Of a DNA stretch of 64,000 bases, positions 48,410 to 58,094 are shown one piece after another (within the stretch, counting starts at the first letter, position 1; each line of letters starts with the position of its first letter). Both the position numbers and the translations under genes were made by a program. The notes beneath the pieces are model-generated. The model did no database searches. It was not told where the DNA came from and saw nothing but the letters and a program-made list of their open reading frames with translations. The DNA comes from an uncultured Gemmatimonadales bacterium (lineage in GTDB: Bacteria; Gemmatimonadota; Gemmatimonadetes; Longimicrobiales; Longimicrobiaceae), in contig OY970303.1 of assembly GCA_963716255.1 (NCBI GenBank), forward strand, positions 3,360,001-3,424,000, given 5' to 3'.

Positions 48410-49546
48410 GTGGACCTTGGCGTCCATCTCACCCTGCTGGTCGGCCCCACGGTCGCCATCCCCGCGCCCCCCATGCTGGCGGAGGCGCTGGAGAGCGTGG
48501 AGGTCAAGCACGCCGACGAGGGCCGCTCCGGCTTCTCGCTGGTGTTCCGCGCCGGCCGCGGCGGGATGCTGGGGGCGCTGGACTCGCCCGTGGTGGCGAA
48601 CCCGCTCCTCAAGGCCTTCAACCGGGTGATCCTGCTGGTGACGGTGGGCCCGGTGCCGCGGGTGCTGATGGACGGGATCATCACCCACCGGCAGTACTCG
48701 CCCGGGCAGGGGCCGGGGCAGGCCACCTTCACGGTCATGGGCGAGGACGTGAGCGTGATGATGGACCAGGAGGAGAAGAGCGCCGAGCACCCCGCGCAGC
48801 CCGACCTGGTGATCGCCAACAAGCTGATCGCCATGTACGCGCAGTACGGGCTGATCCCGGTGGTGATCCCCCCCCTCGCCTTCGACGTGCCCATCCCCAT
48901 CGAGCGGGTGCCGGTGCAGCAGGGGACCGACCTGGCGTACCTGCGGGAGATGGCGGCGCGGCACGGCTACGTGTTCTACGTCAAGCCCGGCCCCGCGCCC
49001 TTCACCAACACCGCGTACTGGGGGCCGCCCATCCGGGTGGGGGTGCCGCAGCGGGCGCTCACCGTGAACATGGGCGCCCAGACCAACGCCACGCTCACCC
49101 TGGCCCAGGAGGAGGCGCTGGCCCCCGAGCTGGTGCAGGGGAGCGTGCAGGACACGCGCAGCAACGCCTCCATCCCGGTGCAGACGTTCGCCAGCGCCCG
49201 CCCGCCGCTGGCCGCCCTCCCCTCGTGGCTCATCAACATGAGCAGCGTACGCCGCACCCAGTTCCGCGAGAGCGGGATGAACGCGGTGCAGGCGATGGGG
49301 CAGGCGCAGGGGCGCACCGAGCGCTCCAGCGACTCGGTGACGGTGGAGGGCGAGCTGGACGCGTCCCGCTACGGCGGGATCCTGGAGCCGCGCGGCCTGG
49401 TGGGGGTGCGCGGCGCCGGGTACCTGCACGACGGGCTGTACTACGTCAAGCAGGTGACGCACTCGCTCCGCCGCGGCGCCTACAAGCAGAAATTCACGCT
49501 CACCCGCGAAGGCTACGGCTCCACGGTCCCGGTGGTGATTCCATGA
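48410..49546 (+). CDS. baseplate hub (gp27/GpD, VgrG N-terminal-like)
   Basis: LMDGIIT, GED.SV.MD, Q.GTDLAYL..MA.RHGYVFY, G.YYVK.VTH; position before the spike gene. Confidence 0.82.
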   Translation: MDLGVHLTLLVGPTVAIPAPPMLAEALESVEVKHADEGRSGFSLVFRAGRGGMLGALDSPVVANPLLKAFNRVILLVTVGPVPRVLMDGIITHRQYSPGQGPGQATFTVMGEDVSVMMDQEEKSAEHPAQPDLVIANKLIAMYAQYGLIPVVIPPLAFDVPIPIERVPVQQGTDLAYLREMAARHGYVFYVKPGPAPFTNTAYWGPPIRVGVPQRALTVNMGAQTNATLTLAQEEALAPELVQGSVQDTRSNASIPVQTFASARPPLAALPSWLINMSSVRRTQFRESGMNAVQAMGQAQGRTERSSDSVTVEGELDASRYGGILEPRGLVGVRGAGYLHDGLYYVKQVTHSLRRGAYKQKFTLTREGYGSTVPVVIP

Positions 49547-50040
49547 CCCAGTTCTTCGGCAAGTACCGCGGCAAGGTGGAAAACAACCTGGACCCGCTGA
49601 TGCTGGGCCGCGTGCAGGTGAGCGTCCCCGCCGTGCTGGGGAGCGGCACGCTCAGCTGGGCGCTCCCCTGCGTCCCCTACGCCGGCTCCGGGGTGGGGTT
49701 CTTCGCGGTGCCCCCGGTGGGGGCCAACGTGTGGGTGGAGTTCGAGGCCGGCAACCCCGACTCCCCCATCCTGGCGGGGTGCTTCTGGGGATTGGGCGAG
49801 GTCCCGGCCTCGCCGGCCGTTCCCCAGATCAAGATCTGGAAGACGGACGCCATCACCCTGCAGCTCAGCGACCTGCCGGGCGCCGGCGGCTTCACGCTGG
49901 AGGTGAAGCCCCCCGCCGTGCCCATGCCGCTCAAGATCGTGTGCGACGCCTCCGGGATCGAGCTGAGCAACGCCGCCGCAAAGGTCAAGCTGACCCCCGC
50001 GAGCGTGTCCGTGAACGACGGCGCCCTGGAGGTGATCTGA
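49543..50040 (+). CDS. baseplate assembly protein V / gp5 OB-fold spike
   Basis: FGKYRG.V..N.DP...GRVQV.VP, WA.PC.P.AG, PPVGANVWVEFEAG.PD.PI..GCFW. Confidence 0.92.
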   Translation: MTQFFGKYRGKVENNLDPLMLGRVQVSVPAVLGSGTLSWALPCVPYAGSGVGFFAVPPVGANVWVEFEAGNPDSPILAGCFWGLGEVPASPAVPQIKIWKTDAITLQLSDLPGAGGFTLEVKPPAVPMPLKIVCDASGIELSNAAAKVKLTPASVSVNDGALEVI

Positions 50041-50384
50041 TGCCCGGCTTCCTGCTGCACGTGGGCGCGTCCATCATGTGCTCGCACGGCGGCACGGTCA
50101 GCGTGGCCCCCGGCCAGCCCCGCGTGATGCTGGGCGGCCAGCCCGCCGCCACCATGGCCGACCAGTACCCGGTGGCCGCCTGCCCCTTCCAGGTGCCGGT
50201 GGGCGCGGGCACCAAGCCGCAGCCGTGCGTCAAGGTGCAGTGGACGGTCCCCGCCACGCGGGTGTTCGTCAACAAGCAGCCCGTGATCCTGCAGACCAGC
50301 ACCGGCATCGGGCAGAGCGCCGAGCAGATCCCCGGGGGACCGCCCACCGTGGCGGCCACCCAGGTGCGGGTCAAGGGCACGTGA
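50040..50384 (+). CDS. PAAR-like (DUF4280-type) spike tip protein
   Basis: GA.I.C.HGG, CPF...PQPC..V.W, Q.RV; follows the spike gene. Confidence 0.8.
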   Translation: MPGFLLHVGASIMCSHGGTVSVAPGQPRVMLGGQPAATMADQYPVAACPFQVPVGAGTKPQPCVKVQWTVPATRVFVNKQPVILQTSTGIGQSAEQIPGGPPTVAATQVRVKGT

Positions 50385-50436
50385 CGGCGGCGCGCCCGGG
50401 CCCCGCGGCCCGCCTCCTTTCTCCGGACCCGGCGAG

Positions 50437-50805
50437 ATGAGCGAACTGGACTATCCCTTCCGCTTCGACGCGCGCGGCCGGACCGCCGCGACCGACCGCG
50501 ACGACCACGTGCGCGACCTGATCGAGCAGGTGCTCTTCACCTCGCCCGGGGAGCGCGTCAACCGCCCCACCTTCGGGAGCGGGCTGCTCAAGCTGGTCTT
50601 CGAGCCGGCGGGCGACGAGATGGCCACCGCCACCCAGTTCCTGGTGCAGGGCGCCCTGCAGCAGTGGCTGGGCGACCTGGTGGAGGTGCAGCGGGTGAAG
50701 GTGGCCTCGCGCGAGGGGACGCTGGACGTGGCCGTGGACTACGTGGTGCGCCGCACCGGGGAGCGCCAGGTGGCGCGCTTCAGCCGGCCGGAGGTGGCGC
50801 CGTGA
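50437..50805 (+). CDS. GPW/gp25 family baseplate wedge protein
   Basis: YPFRFD..GRTA, IEQVLFT.PGERVNRP.FG.GL. Confidence 0.93.
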   Translation: MSELDYPFRFDARGRTAATDRDDHVRDLIEQVLFTSPGERVNRPTFGSGLLKLVFEPAGDEMATATQFLVQGALQQWLGDLVEVQRVKVASREGTLDVAVDYVVRRTGERQVARFSRPEVAP

Positions 50806-53309
50806 TCTTCCGCTGCTGCGACGACCGCCGCCGCGACGCCGTCCTGGAGCTGGACGGCGCGCTGATCAACGGCATCGACTTCCTGGAGGTGTACGACGAC
50901 CCCGCCGACGCCGTGATGCGCCAGCGCCGGCTCTTCGTCCACTTCCTCCACCCCGTGCAGAGCGCCACCGCCGACCTTCCCGGCGAGCTGCTGACGCCCG
51001 GCAACGTGCGCGTGGTGGGCGGCGACCGGGTGGTGGACCCGCGGGTGACGGGGGTGCAGGCCGCCGGCCGGGTGCTCACCGTCACCCTGGCGGAGCCCGG
51101 CGACTTCTCGCCCTACACGCTGCGGCTGGTGGCCTCCTCCACCGACCCGCGCGCGCCCACCGGGTTCGACCCGGTGCTGGCCTCGGTGGAGTTTTCCTTC
51201 AAGGCCGCCTGCCCCAGCGACTTCGACTGCGCGCCCGCGGACCCGTGCGACCCGCCGCAGCCGGGCCGCGGCCCGGCGCTGGACTACCTGGCCAGGGACT
51301 ACGCCAGCTTCCGGCAGCTGATGCTGGACCGGCTGGCGGTGCTGGTGCCCGGGTGGACGGAGCGCAACGCCGCCGACCTGGGCGTGGCGCTGGTGGAAAC
51401 GCTCGCCTACGTGGGCGACTACCTGAGCTACCGGCAGGACGCCATCGCCACCGAAGCGTACCTGGAGACCGCGCGGCTGCGGACCTCGGTGCGGCGGCAC
51501 GCGCGCCTGGTGGACTACCGCATGCACGACGGCTGCAACGCCCGCGCCTGGGTGCACCTGGAGGTCACGGCCGGCGCCCCCGTGGTGCTCCCCCGGGGGA
51601 CGGCGCTGCTCACCCGCACCCCCGGGGCCGGCCCCCGCGTCGCCGGCTCGTTCCCGGGCCCCGACCCCGCCACCGGCGCGCTCCCCGAGGTGTTCGAGAC
51701 CATGCACGAGGCGCGGCTGCGCCCCCGGCACAACCGGCTGCGCTTCTACACCTGGGGCGCGCGCGAATGCCGCCTCCCCAAGGGCGCCACCCGCGCCACG
51801 CTGCGCGGCAAGCTGGACGAGCTCCAGCCCGGCGACGCGCTGGCGCTGTGCGAGGTGGTGGGCCCCCGCACCGGCGAGCCCGAGGACGCCGATCCCGCGC
51901 ACCGCCAGGTGGTGGTGCTCACCGCCGTGCGCGCCGCCGTGGACCCCATCGGCGGCAACCTGGACGGCGCCGCCGGGACCGGGCCGCAGCCGCTGGAGGT
52001 GACCGAGGTGGAGTGGGCGTCCGAGGACGCGCTCCGCTTCTCGCTGTGCGTTTCCGGCGTGGCGGACGCGGAGCACGGCCGCGCCGCGCTGGACGACGTG
52101 AGCGTCGCGCTGGGCAACCTGGTGCTCGCCGACCACGGCCACACCCGCCAGGTGGAACTGTTCGCGCGGGTGCCGGACGCCCGCCGGGTGGCGGCGGCCG
52201 CGGCCGGCCCCTGCGCCCCGCACGCCACGCGCGAACTGCCGGCGCGCTTCCGCCCGCGGCTGGAGGAGGGGCCGGTGACCTTCGCGGCCCCCGCCGACCG
52301 CTCCAGCGCCCACCGCGCCGTCAACGCCGACCCGGGCGACGCCCTCCCCGCCGTGACGCTCGCCTCGTCCGACGGGCTGGAGTGGCGCCCGCTGCGCGAC
52401 CTGCTCGCCGCCGGGCCGGACTTTCCCGGCTTCGTGGTGGAGACGGAAAGCGACGGGACGGGGCACTTCCGCTTCGGCGACGGGCGCTTCGGGCTGCGCC
52501 CCGAGTCGGGGCTGGTGTTCGCCGCCCGGTACCGGGTGGGGAGCGGGGCGCGCGGCAACCTGGGCGCCGGCACCCTGGCCCACCTGTACACCCCCACCGG
52601 GACGGTCCCGGACCGCATCTCCCGGGTGTGGAACCCGGTCCCCGCGCGCGGCGGCGCCGACCCCGAGCCGCTGGAGCAGGTGAGGCAGCGCGCCCCCGTG
52701 GCCTTCCGCAGCCAGGCGCGCGCCGTCACCCCCGAGGACTACGCCCGCTTCACCGAGCGCTTCCCCGGAGTGCAGCGGGCCGCCGCGTCGCTGCGCTGGA
52801 CGGGGAGCTGGCGCACCGTGTTCATCACCGTGGACCGCGCCGGCGGGCTCCCCGTGGACGCGGCCTTCGAGGCGGCGCTCCGCGCCCACCTGGATCCCTT
52901 CCGCATGGCGGGGCACGACCTGGAGATCGACGCGCCGCGCTTCGCCCCGCTGGAGCTGGAGCTGGCCGTGTGCGTGGGGCGCGACCACTTCGCCGCCGAC
53001 GTGCGCGCCGCCCTCTTCCGCGAGATGGGCAGGGGCACGCTCCCCGGTGGGCGGCGCGCCTTCTTCCACCCCGACCACTTCACCTTCGGCCAGCCCGTGT
53101 ACCTGAGCCGCATCTACGCCGCCGCCCAGGCCGTCCCCGGCGTGGAGCGCGTGGAGGTGACCGTGTTCCGCCGCCAGGGCCGCATCGGCAACGAGGCCAT
53201 CGCCAGCGGGCGGCTGGACGTGGGCCGCCTGGAGATCGCCCGGCTGGACAACGACCCCAACCACCCCGAGCGGGGCGTGCTCCGCGTCGTCGCCGCGGGA
53301 GGCAAATGA
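50802..53309 (+). CDS. baseplate J-like assembly protein 1
   Basis: LDYLARDYASFRQLMLD, AYVGDYLSY.QD..ATEAYL.TAR.R.S, FGDG..G..P, Q.RAVT.EDY. Confidence 0.9.
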   Translation: MIFRCCDDRRRDAVLELDGALINGIDFLEVYDDPADAVMRQRRLFVHFLHPVQSATADLPGELLTPGNVRVVGGDRVVDPRVTGVQAAGRVLTVTLAEPGDFSPYTLRLVASSTDPRAPTGFDPVLASVEFSFKAACPSDFDCAPADPCDPPQPGRGPALDYLARDYASFRQLMLDRLAVLVPGWTERNAADLGVALVETLAYVGDYLSYRQDAIATEAYLETARLRTSVRRHARLVDYRMHDGCNARAWVHLEVTAGAPVVLPRGTALLTRTPGAGPRVAGSFPGPDPATGALPEVFETMHEARLRPRHNRLRFYTWGARECRLPKGATRATLRGKLDELQPGDALALCEVVGPRTGEPEDADPAHRQVVVLTAVRAAVDPIGGNLDGAAGTGPQPLEVTEVEWASEDALRFSLCVSGVADAEHGRAALDDVSVALGNLVLADHGHTRQVELFARVPDARRVAAAAAGPCAPHATRELPARFRPRLEEGPVTFAAPADRSSAHRAVNADPGDALPAVTLASSDGLEWRPLRDLLAAGPDFPGFVVETESDGTGHFRFGDGRFGLRPESGLVFAARYRVGSGARGNLGAGTLAHLYTPTGTVPDRISRVWNPVPARGGADPEPLEQVRQRAPVAFRSQARAVTPEDYARFTERFPGVQRAAASLRWTGSWRTVFITVDRAGGLPVDAAFEAALRAHLDPFRMAGHDLEIDAPRFAPLELELAVCVGRDHFAADVRAALFREMGRGTLPGGRRAFFHPDHFTFGQPVYLSRIYAAAQAVPGVERVEVTVFRRQGRIGNEAIASGRLDVGRLEIARLDNDPNHPERGVLRVVAAGGK

Positions 53310-56050
53310 GCACCCAGGACCTGGACCGCGCCGGGGAGTGCGCCGACTGCGCCGCGTGCGCCGGCGCCCCGGCCCTCACCCCCACCCCGGTGGACAACCG
53401 CCCGGGGCTCCCCGCGGTGTCGCGCCGCGTGGGGACGCACGCCGCCTTCCGGGACGCCATGCTGGCGCGGCTCTCCGCCCGCGACCTGCCGGCGCTGCAC
53501 GGGCTCAACACCCGCGACCCGGACGACTTTTCCGTGGCGCTGCTGGACGCGTGGGCCTCGGTCGCCGACGTGCTCACCTTCTACGGCGAGCGCATCGCCA
53601 ACGAGGCGTACCTGCGCACCGCCACCGAGCGCCTGTCGGTGGTGAACCTGGCCCGGCTGGTGGGCTACGAGCCGCGCCCCGGCGTGGCCGCCAGCGCCGA
53701 GCTGGCCTTCGAGCTGGAAGAGGCGAAGGGCGCCCCGCGGCGCGTCCGGGTCCCGGTGGGGACCCGGGTGCAGAGCGTCCCCGTCCCCGGCGAGCTGCCG
53801 CAGACCTTCGAGACGACCTCCGAGCTGGAGGCCCGCGCCGCCTGGAGCGCGCTGGTGCCGCGGCGGCTGCGCCCGCAGGCGCTGACCACCGGCGCCGCCT
53901 CGGTGGTGGTGCGCGGCGCGGCCACGCGCCTGCAGAAGGGCGACCGGGTGCTGCTCCGGGCGGGCGGCTCCGACAAGCTGCGCGTGGTGCGCGCCGTGGA
54001 AACGGACAACCTGGCGGTCACCACACGGGTGGTGCTCACCGGGGGCACGGACCCGCAGGAGTCCCCGGACGTGGACCTGGCCACCAGCCCGCCGCGCGCC
54101 GCGTTCAACGGCACGCCCGAGCTCACCCGCGCGGCCGTGGAGGCGCAGGTCAGGGGCGCCTCCTGGAGCCAGCCGACCCTCAGCGCGGCGGCCACGGTGC
54201 TGGGGTGGCAGGCGGACGCCCTGGAGGCCACCCTCGCCGAGCTCGCCGCCCGCCCCGCGCCGCCGGCCGGCGTGCAGGTGATCGCCTTCCGCCAGCGGGC
54301 CGCGGTGTTCGGGCACAACGCGCCGGTGGTGGAGCCGGCCCCCGCCTTCGTCCGCTACGGCCTGAAGCTGGCCCGCTGGGACCTGCTGGACGTGGACAAC
54401 AGCAAGGCCGTGGACGTGTTCCCCACCCTTCTCAGCAACTGGCAGGTCCGCAAGGTGCTGCCGTCCGCGCAGAGCCCCTTCGTCTACCTGGACTCGGTGT
54501 ATCCCGGCGCCGTGCCGGGGACGCTGGTGGCGCTGGCGCGCCCCGGGACCGGCGGGCTGCGCGTGGCCACGGTGCTGGACGCGGTGGAGGTGACGCGCAC
54601 CGAGGGCGGGATCACCGCCAAGGTGACGCGGCTGGAGCTGACGGAGCCCGTCCCCAACGACTTCACCCTGGCCGAGACCTCGGTGTACCTGGAGGGCGAG
54701 GAGCTGGCCGTGGCCGACGTCCCCGTGACGCGCTCCGTGGGCGGCGCCGGGATCGACGCGCAGGGGCTCCCGCTGGGCACCCGCGTCAAGCTGGACGGCG
54801 CGCACCTGGGGCTGGGCCCCGGCCGCCGGGTGGTGCTCACCGGCGAGCGCGCCGACCTCCCCGGCGTCACCGAGAGCGAGGTGCTCACCGTGGCCGACGC
54901 GTGGCTGGACGACGGGCGCACCGTGCTGCTCTTCGAGAGCGGCCCGCTGCGCGCCTACCGGCGCGACACGGTGAGGATCAACGCAAACGTTGCCCCCGCC
55001 ACCCACGGCGAGACGCGCGAGGAGGTGCTGGGCGGCGGCGACGCCACCCGCGCCTTCCAGCGCTTCACCCTGCGGCAGGCGCCGCTCACCTACGTGTCCG
55101 GCACCGGCCCCACCGGCGCCGACAGCACGCTCCAGCTGTGGGTCAACGGGGTGCGCTGGAAGGAGGTCCCCGACTTCCAGGGGCGCGGCCCCCACGAGCG
55201 CATCTACGTCACCCGCACCGACGAGAGAGGCCGGACCGTGGTGACCTTCGGCGACGGCGTCACCGGCTCGCGGCTCCCCACCGGGCAGGAGAACGTGCGC
55301 GCCGTCTTCCGGCAGGGGATCGGCACGGGCGGGCTGGTGGCCGCGGGGCAGATCTCCCTGCCGCTCACCCGTCCGCCCGGGCTGCGCGCCGTCTTCAACC
55401 CGCTCCCCAGCTCCGGCGCCGACGACCCCGAGGCGATGGAGGCCGCGCGCCGCAACGCCCCGCTGGCCACGCTGGCGGTGGACCGCGTGGTGTCGCTCCA
55501 GGACTACGAGGACTTCGCCCGCGCCTTCGCCGGCATCGCCAAGGCGCTGGCCACCTGGAGCTGGACCGGGCGTCGCCGCGAGATCTTCCTGACCGTCTCC
55601 GCCCCCGGCGGCCGCCCCGTCCCCGACGCCAGCCGCCTGTCCACGTCGCTGCGCGAGGCCATCGCCCGCGCCGGCGACCCCTCCGTCCCGGTGCGCGTGG
55701 GCTCGTTCCGCCCCGTCCCCTTCCGCCTGGAGGCGCGCGTGGAGACCGAGGCGGAGCGCGCCCGCGCCGCGGTGCTCGCCGACGTGCGCGCCGCGCTCCT
55801 GGACACGTTCTCCTTCGACCGGCGCGCCTTCGGGCAGCCGGTGGCGCTCAGCGAGGTGATCGCCGCCATGCAGGCGGTCCCCGGCGTGGTGTGGGTGGAC
55901 GTGGACGTGCTCGCCCGCCCCGGCGGCCCCGCGCAGCCGGCCCCCGTGCTGAGCGCCGCCCTCCCCGAGACGGGAGGGGGCGGCGCCGTGCTCGCCGCCG
56001 AGCTGCTGGTGATCGACCCCGCATCGCTCCGCCTGGGAGGCACCCAATGA
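53306..56050 (+). CDS. baseplate J-like assembly protein 2
   Basis: NRPGL, ALLDAWA...DVLTFY.ERIANE.YLRTATER.S, FGDG..G.RLP.G..N, R.VSL.DYEDFA..F.GI.KA. Confidence 0.9.
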   Translation: MSTQDLDRAGECADCAACAGAPALTPTPVDNRPGLPAVSRRVGTHAAFRDAMLARLSARDLPALHGLNTRDPDDFSVALLDAWASVADVLTFYGERIANEAYLRTATERLSVVNLARLVGYEPRPGVAASAELAFELEEAKGAPRRVRVPVGTRVQSVPVPGELPQTFETTSELEARAAWSALVPRRLRPQALTTGAASVVVRGAATRLQKGDRVLLRAGGSDKLRVVRAVETDNLAVTTRVVLTGGTDPQESPDVDLATSPPRAAFNGTPELTRAAVEAQVRGASWSQPTLSAAATVLGWQADALEATLAELAARPAPPAGVQVIAFRQRAAVFGHNAPVVEPAPAFVRYGLKLARWDLLDVDNSKAVDVFPTLLSNWQVRKVLPSAQSPFVYLDSVYPGAVPGTLVALARPGTGGLRVATVLDAVEVTRTEGGITAKVTRLELTEPVPNDFTLAETSVYLEGEELAVADVPVTRSVGGAGIDAQGLPLGTRVKLDGAHLGLGPGRRVVLTGERADLPGVTESEVLTVADAWLDDGRTVLLFESGPLRAYRRDTVRINANVAPATHGETREEVLGGGDATRAFQRFTLRQAPLTYVSGTGPTGADSTLQLWVNGVRWKEVPDFQGRGPHERIYVTRTDERGRTVVTFGDGVTGSRLPTGQENVRAVFRQGIGTGGLVAAGQISLPLTRPPGLRAVFNPLPSSGADDPEAMEAARRNAPLATLAVDRVVSLQDYEDFARAFAGIAKALATWSWTGRRREIFLTVSAPGGRPVPDASRLSTSLREAIARAGDPSVPVRVGSFRPVPFRLEARVETEAERARAAVLADVRAALLDTFSFDRRAFGQPVALSEVIAAMQAVPGVVWVDVDVLARPGGPAQPAPVLSAALPETGGGGAVLAAELLVIDPASLRLGGTQ

Positions 56051-58068
56051 CGCTCACCGCCGAGCGGCTCTTCGCCCTCCTCCCCCCCGTCTACCGGCTC
56101 CGCGACGACGCCCAGGGGGGACCGCTTCGCGCCCTGTTCACGGTGATCGCCGAGCAGGCCGCGGTGCTGGAGGACGACCTGGAGCAGCTGTACGACGACC
56201 ACTTCATCGAGACCTGCGCCGCCTGGGCCGTCCCCTACCTGGGCGAGCTGGTGGGCGCGCGGCTCCTCCAGTCGCCCGAGCCCGGCACCGGCGGGCAGCG
56301 CGCCGAGGTGGCCGACACGCTGGCGCTGCGCCGCCGCAAGGGCACCGCCGCCGTGCTGGAGCAGCTCGCGCGCGACGTCACCGGCTGGGACTCCGCCGCG
56401 GTGGAGTACTTCGACCGGGTGGCCGCCACCCAGTCGCTGCGCCACCTGCGCCCGCACGCCCGCACCACCGACCTGCGCGGGTGGGAGGCGCTGGAGCGCA
56501 TCGGCACCCCCTTCGACGAGGTCGCCCACACGGTGGAGGTGCGCCGCCCCGCGCGCGGGGGACGCTACAACCTTCCCAACGTGGGGATCTTCCTGTTCCG
56601 GCAGCGCGCCTTTCCGCTCACCCGCGCCACCCCCGCCGGGCTGGGCGACGGGCGGCGGTTCCGCTTTGCCCCGCTGGGCCGCGACGCCCAGCTGTGGGCG
56701 CTCCCCGAGCCGGAAACCGGGATCGCCCACCTGGCCGGCCCCCGCAACGTCCCCCTCCCGGTGGGGCGGCGCGGGCTGGACCACCACCTGGCCGACTTCT
56801 ACGCCAGCGGCGGGATCCAGGTGTTCGAGAACGGCGCGCTCGTTCCCATCGCGCGCATCCGCGCCTGCAACCTGTCCGGGTGGAGCACCCTGGTCGATCC
56901 CTGGCCCCAGCAGGGGGGCGGCCCGGTGGTGGGGGTGGACCCCGTCCTGGGCCGCCTGGCCTTCGGGCCGCTGGGCGCGGGCGAGGCCCGGCGGGTGGAG
57001 GTGAGCTTCAGGCAGGGCTTCGGCGGCGAGGTGGGCGGCGGCGAGTACGACCGCTCCGCCACCTTCGGCCCGCCGGCCGAGGTGCTGGCGAGCGTGTCCC
57101 GCGGCGAGGACCTGGGCGCCGAGCTGGTGGCGGCCGGGGCCGGGGGGATCGTGGAGATCGCCGACAGCGCCACCTACCCGGTACCGGCGACCACGGTGGA
57201 GGTCGCCGCCGGCGCCGCGGTGGAGGTGCGCGCGCTGGACCGCCACCGCCCGCTGCTGGTGCTGGGCGGCGACCTGGTGCTGGACGGCGACGCGTCCGAC
57301 GCCGGCACCCCCACCGAGGTGACGCTGAACGGGCTGGTGATCTCCGGCGGGGCGCTGCGCATCCGGGGCGGCGTGCGGGTGGTGCGGCTGCTCCACTGCA
57401 CGCTGGTGCCGGGGAAGGCGCTGGACGGCGCCGGCGCCGCCCAGGAGCCCGGCTTCGTGTCGCTGGTGGTGGAGAGCGCCGACGCGCGGGTGGAGGTGGA
57501 CCGCTGCATCCTGGGCGCGGTGCGCGCCGTGGACGGCGCCGAGGTGAGCGTGCGCGACAGCGTGCTGGACGCCGGCGCGCGCGACGCCGTGGCCTACGCC
57601 GCCCCGGACGGCGTCGCCGCCGGCGGCGCCCTCTCCGTGGAGGACAGCACCGTGGTGGGCCGGGTGAGGACGGCGGCGCTGCGCGGCGCGTCCAACTCCA
57701 TCTTCCTGGCCCGCGCGGGCGCCGGCTGGACCGCGCCGGTGGAATCGTCGCGGGTGCAGGAGGGGTGCGTGCGCTTCTCCTTCGTCCCCGCCGCCGCCAG
57801 GGTGCCCCGGCGCCACCGCTGCGTCCCCGCGACCGCCGCCGACGAGGCGCGGCTCACCCCCCTGTTCGCCTCGCTGCGCTACGGGGACCCCGACTACGCG
57901 CTGCTCTCGCCCCGCTGCCCGCCCGAGGTGCGCACCGGCGCCGACGACGGGAGCGAGATGGGCGTGTTCCACCACCAGAACCAGCCCCGCCGCGAGGCCA
58001 ACCTGCGCCTGCGCCTGGACGAGTACCTCCGCTTCGGGCTGGAGGCGGGGATCTTCGTCCGGACCTGA
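56047..58068 (+). CDS. phage tail/baseplate protein (P2 gpI-like N-terminus)
   Basis: LF.LLP.VYR.RD, LYDD.FIETC..W.VPYLG.LVG, RRRKGT..VLEQLA; C-terminal GADDGSEMG.F...L.EY..FG. Confidence 0.85.
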   Translation: MTLTAERLFALLPPVYRLRDDAQGGPLRALFTVIAEQAAVLEDDLEQLYDDHFIETCAAWAVPYLGELVGARLLQSPEPGTGGQRAEVADTLALRRRKGTAAVLEQLARDVTGWDSAAVEYFDRVAATQSLRHLRPHARTTDLRGWEALERIGTPFDEVAHTVEVRRPARGGRYNLPNVGIFLFRQRAFPLTRATPAGLGDGRRFRFAPLGRDAQLWALPEPETGIAHLAGPRNVPLPVGRRGLDHHLADFYASGGIQVFENGALVPIARIRACNLSGWSTLVDPWPQQGGGPVVGVDPVLGRLAFGPLGAGEARRVEVSFRQGFGGEVGGGEYDRSATFGPPAEVLASVSRGEDLGAELVAAGAGGIVEIADSATYPVPATTVEVAAGAAVEVRALDRHRPLLVLGGDLVLDGDASDAGTPTEVTLNGLVISGGALRIRGGVRVVRLLHCTLVPGKALDGAGAAQEPGFVSLVVESADARVEVDRCILGAVRAVDGAEVSVRDSVLDAGARDAVAYAAPDGVAAGGALSVEDSTVVGRVRTAALRGASNSIFLARAGAGWTAPVESSRVQEGCVRFSFVPAAARVPRRHRCVPATAADEARLTPLFASLRYGDPDYALLSPRCPPEVRTGADDGSEMGVFHHQNQPRREANLRLRLDEYLRFGLEAGIFVRT

Positions 58069-58094
58069 ACCACGAACCTTCCGCGGAGCCACAC

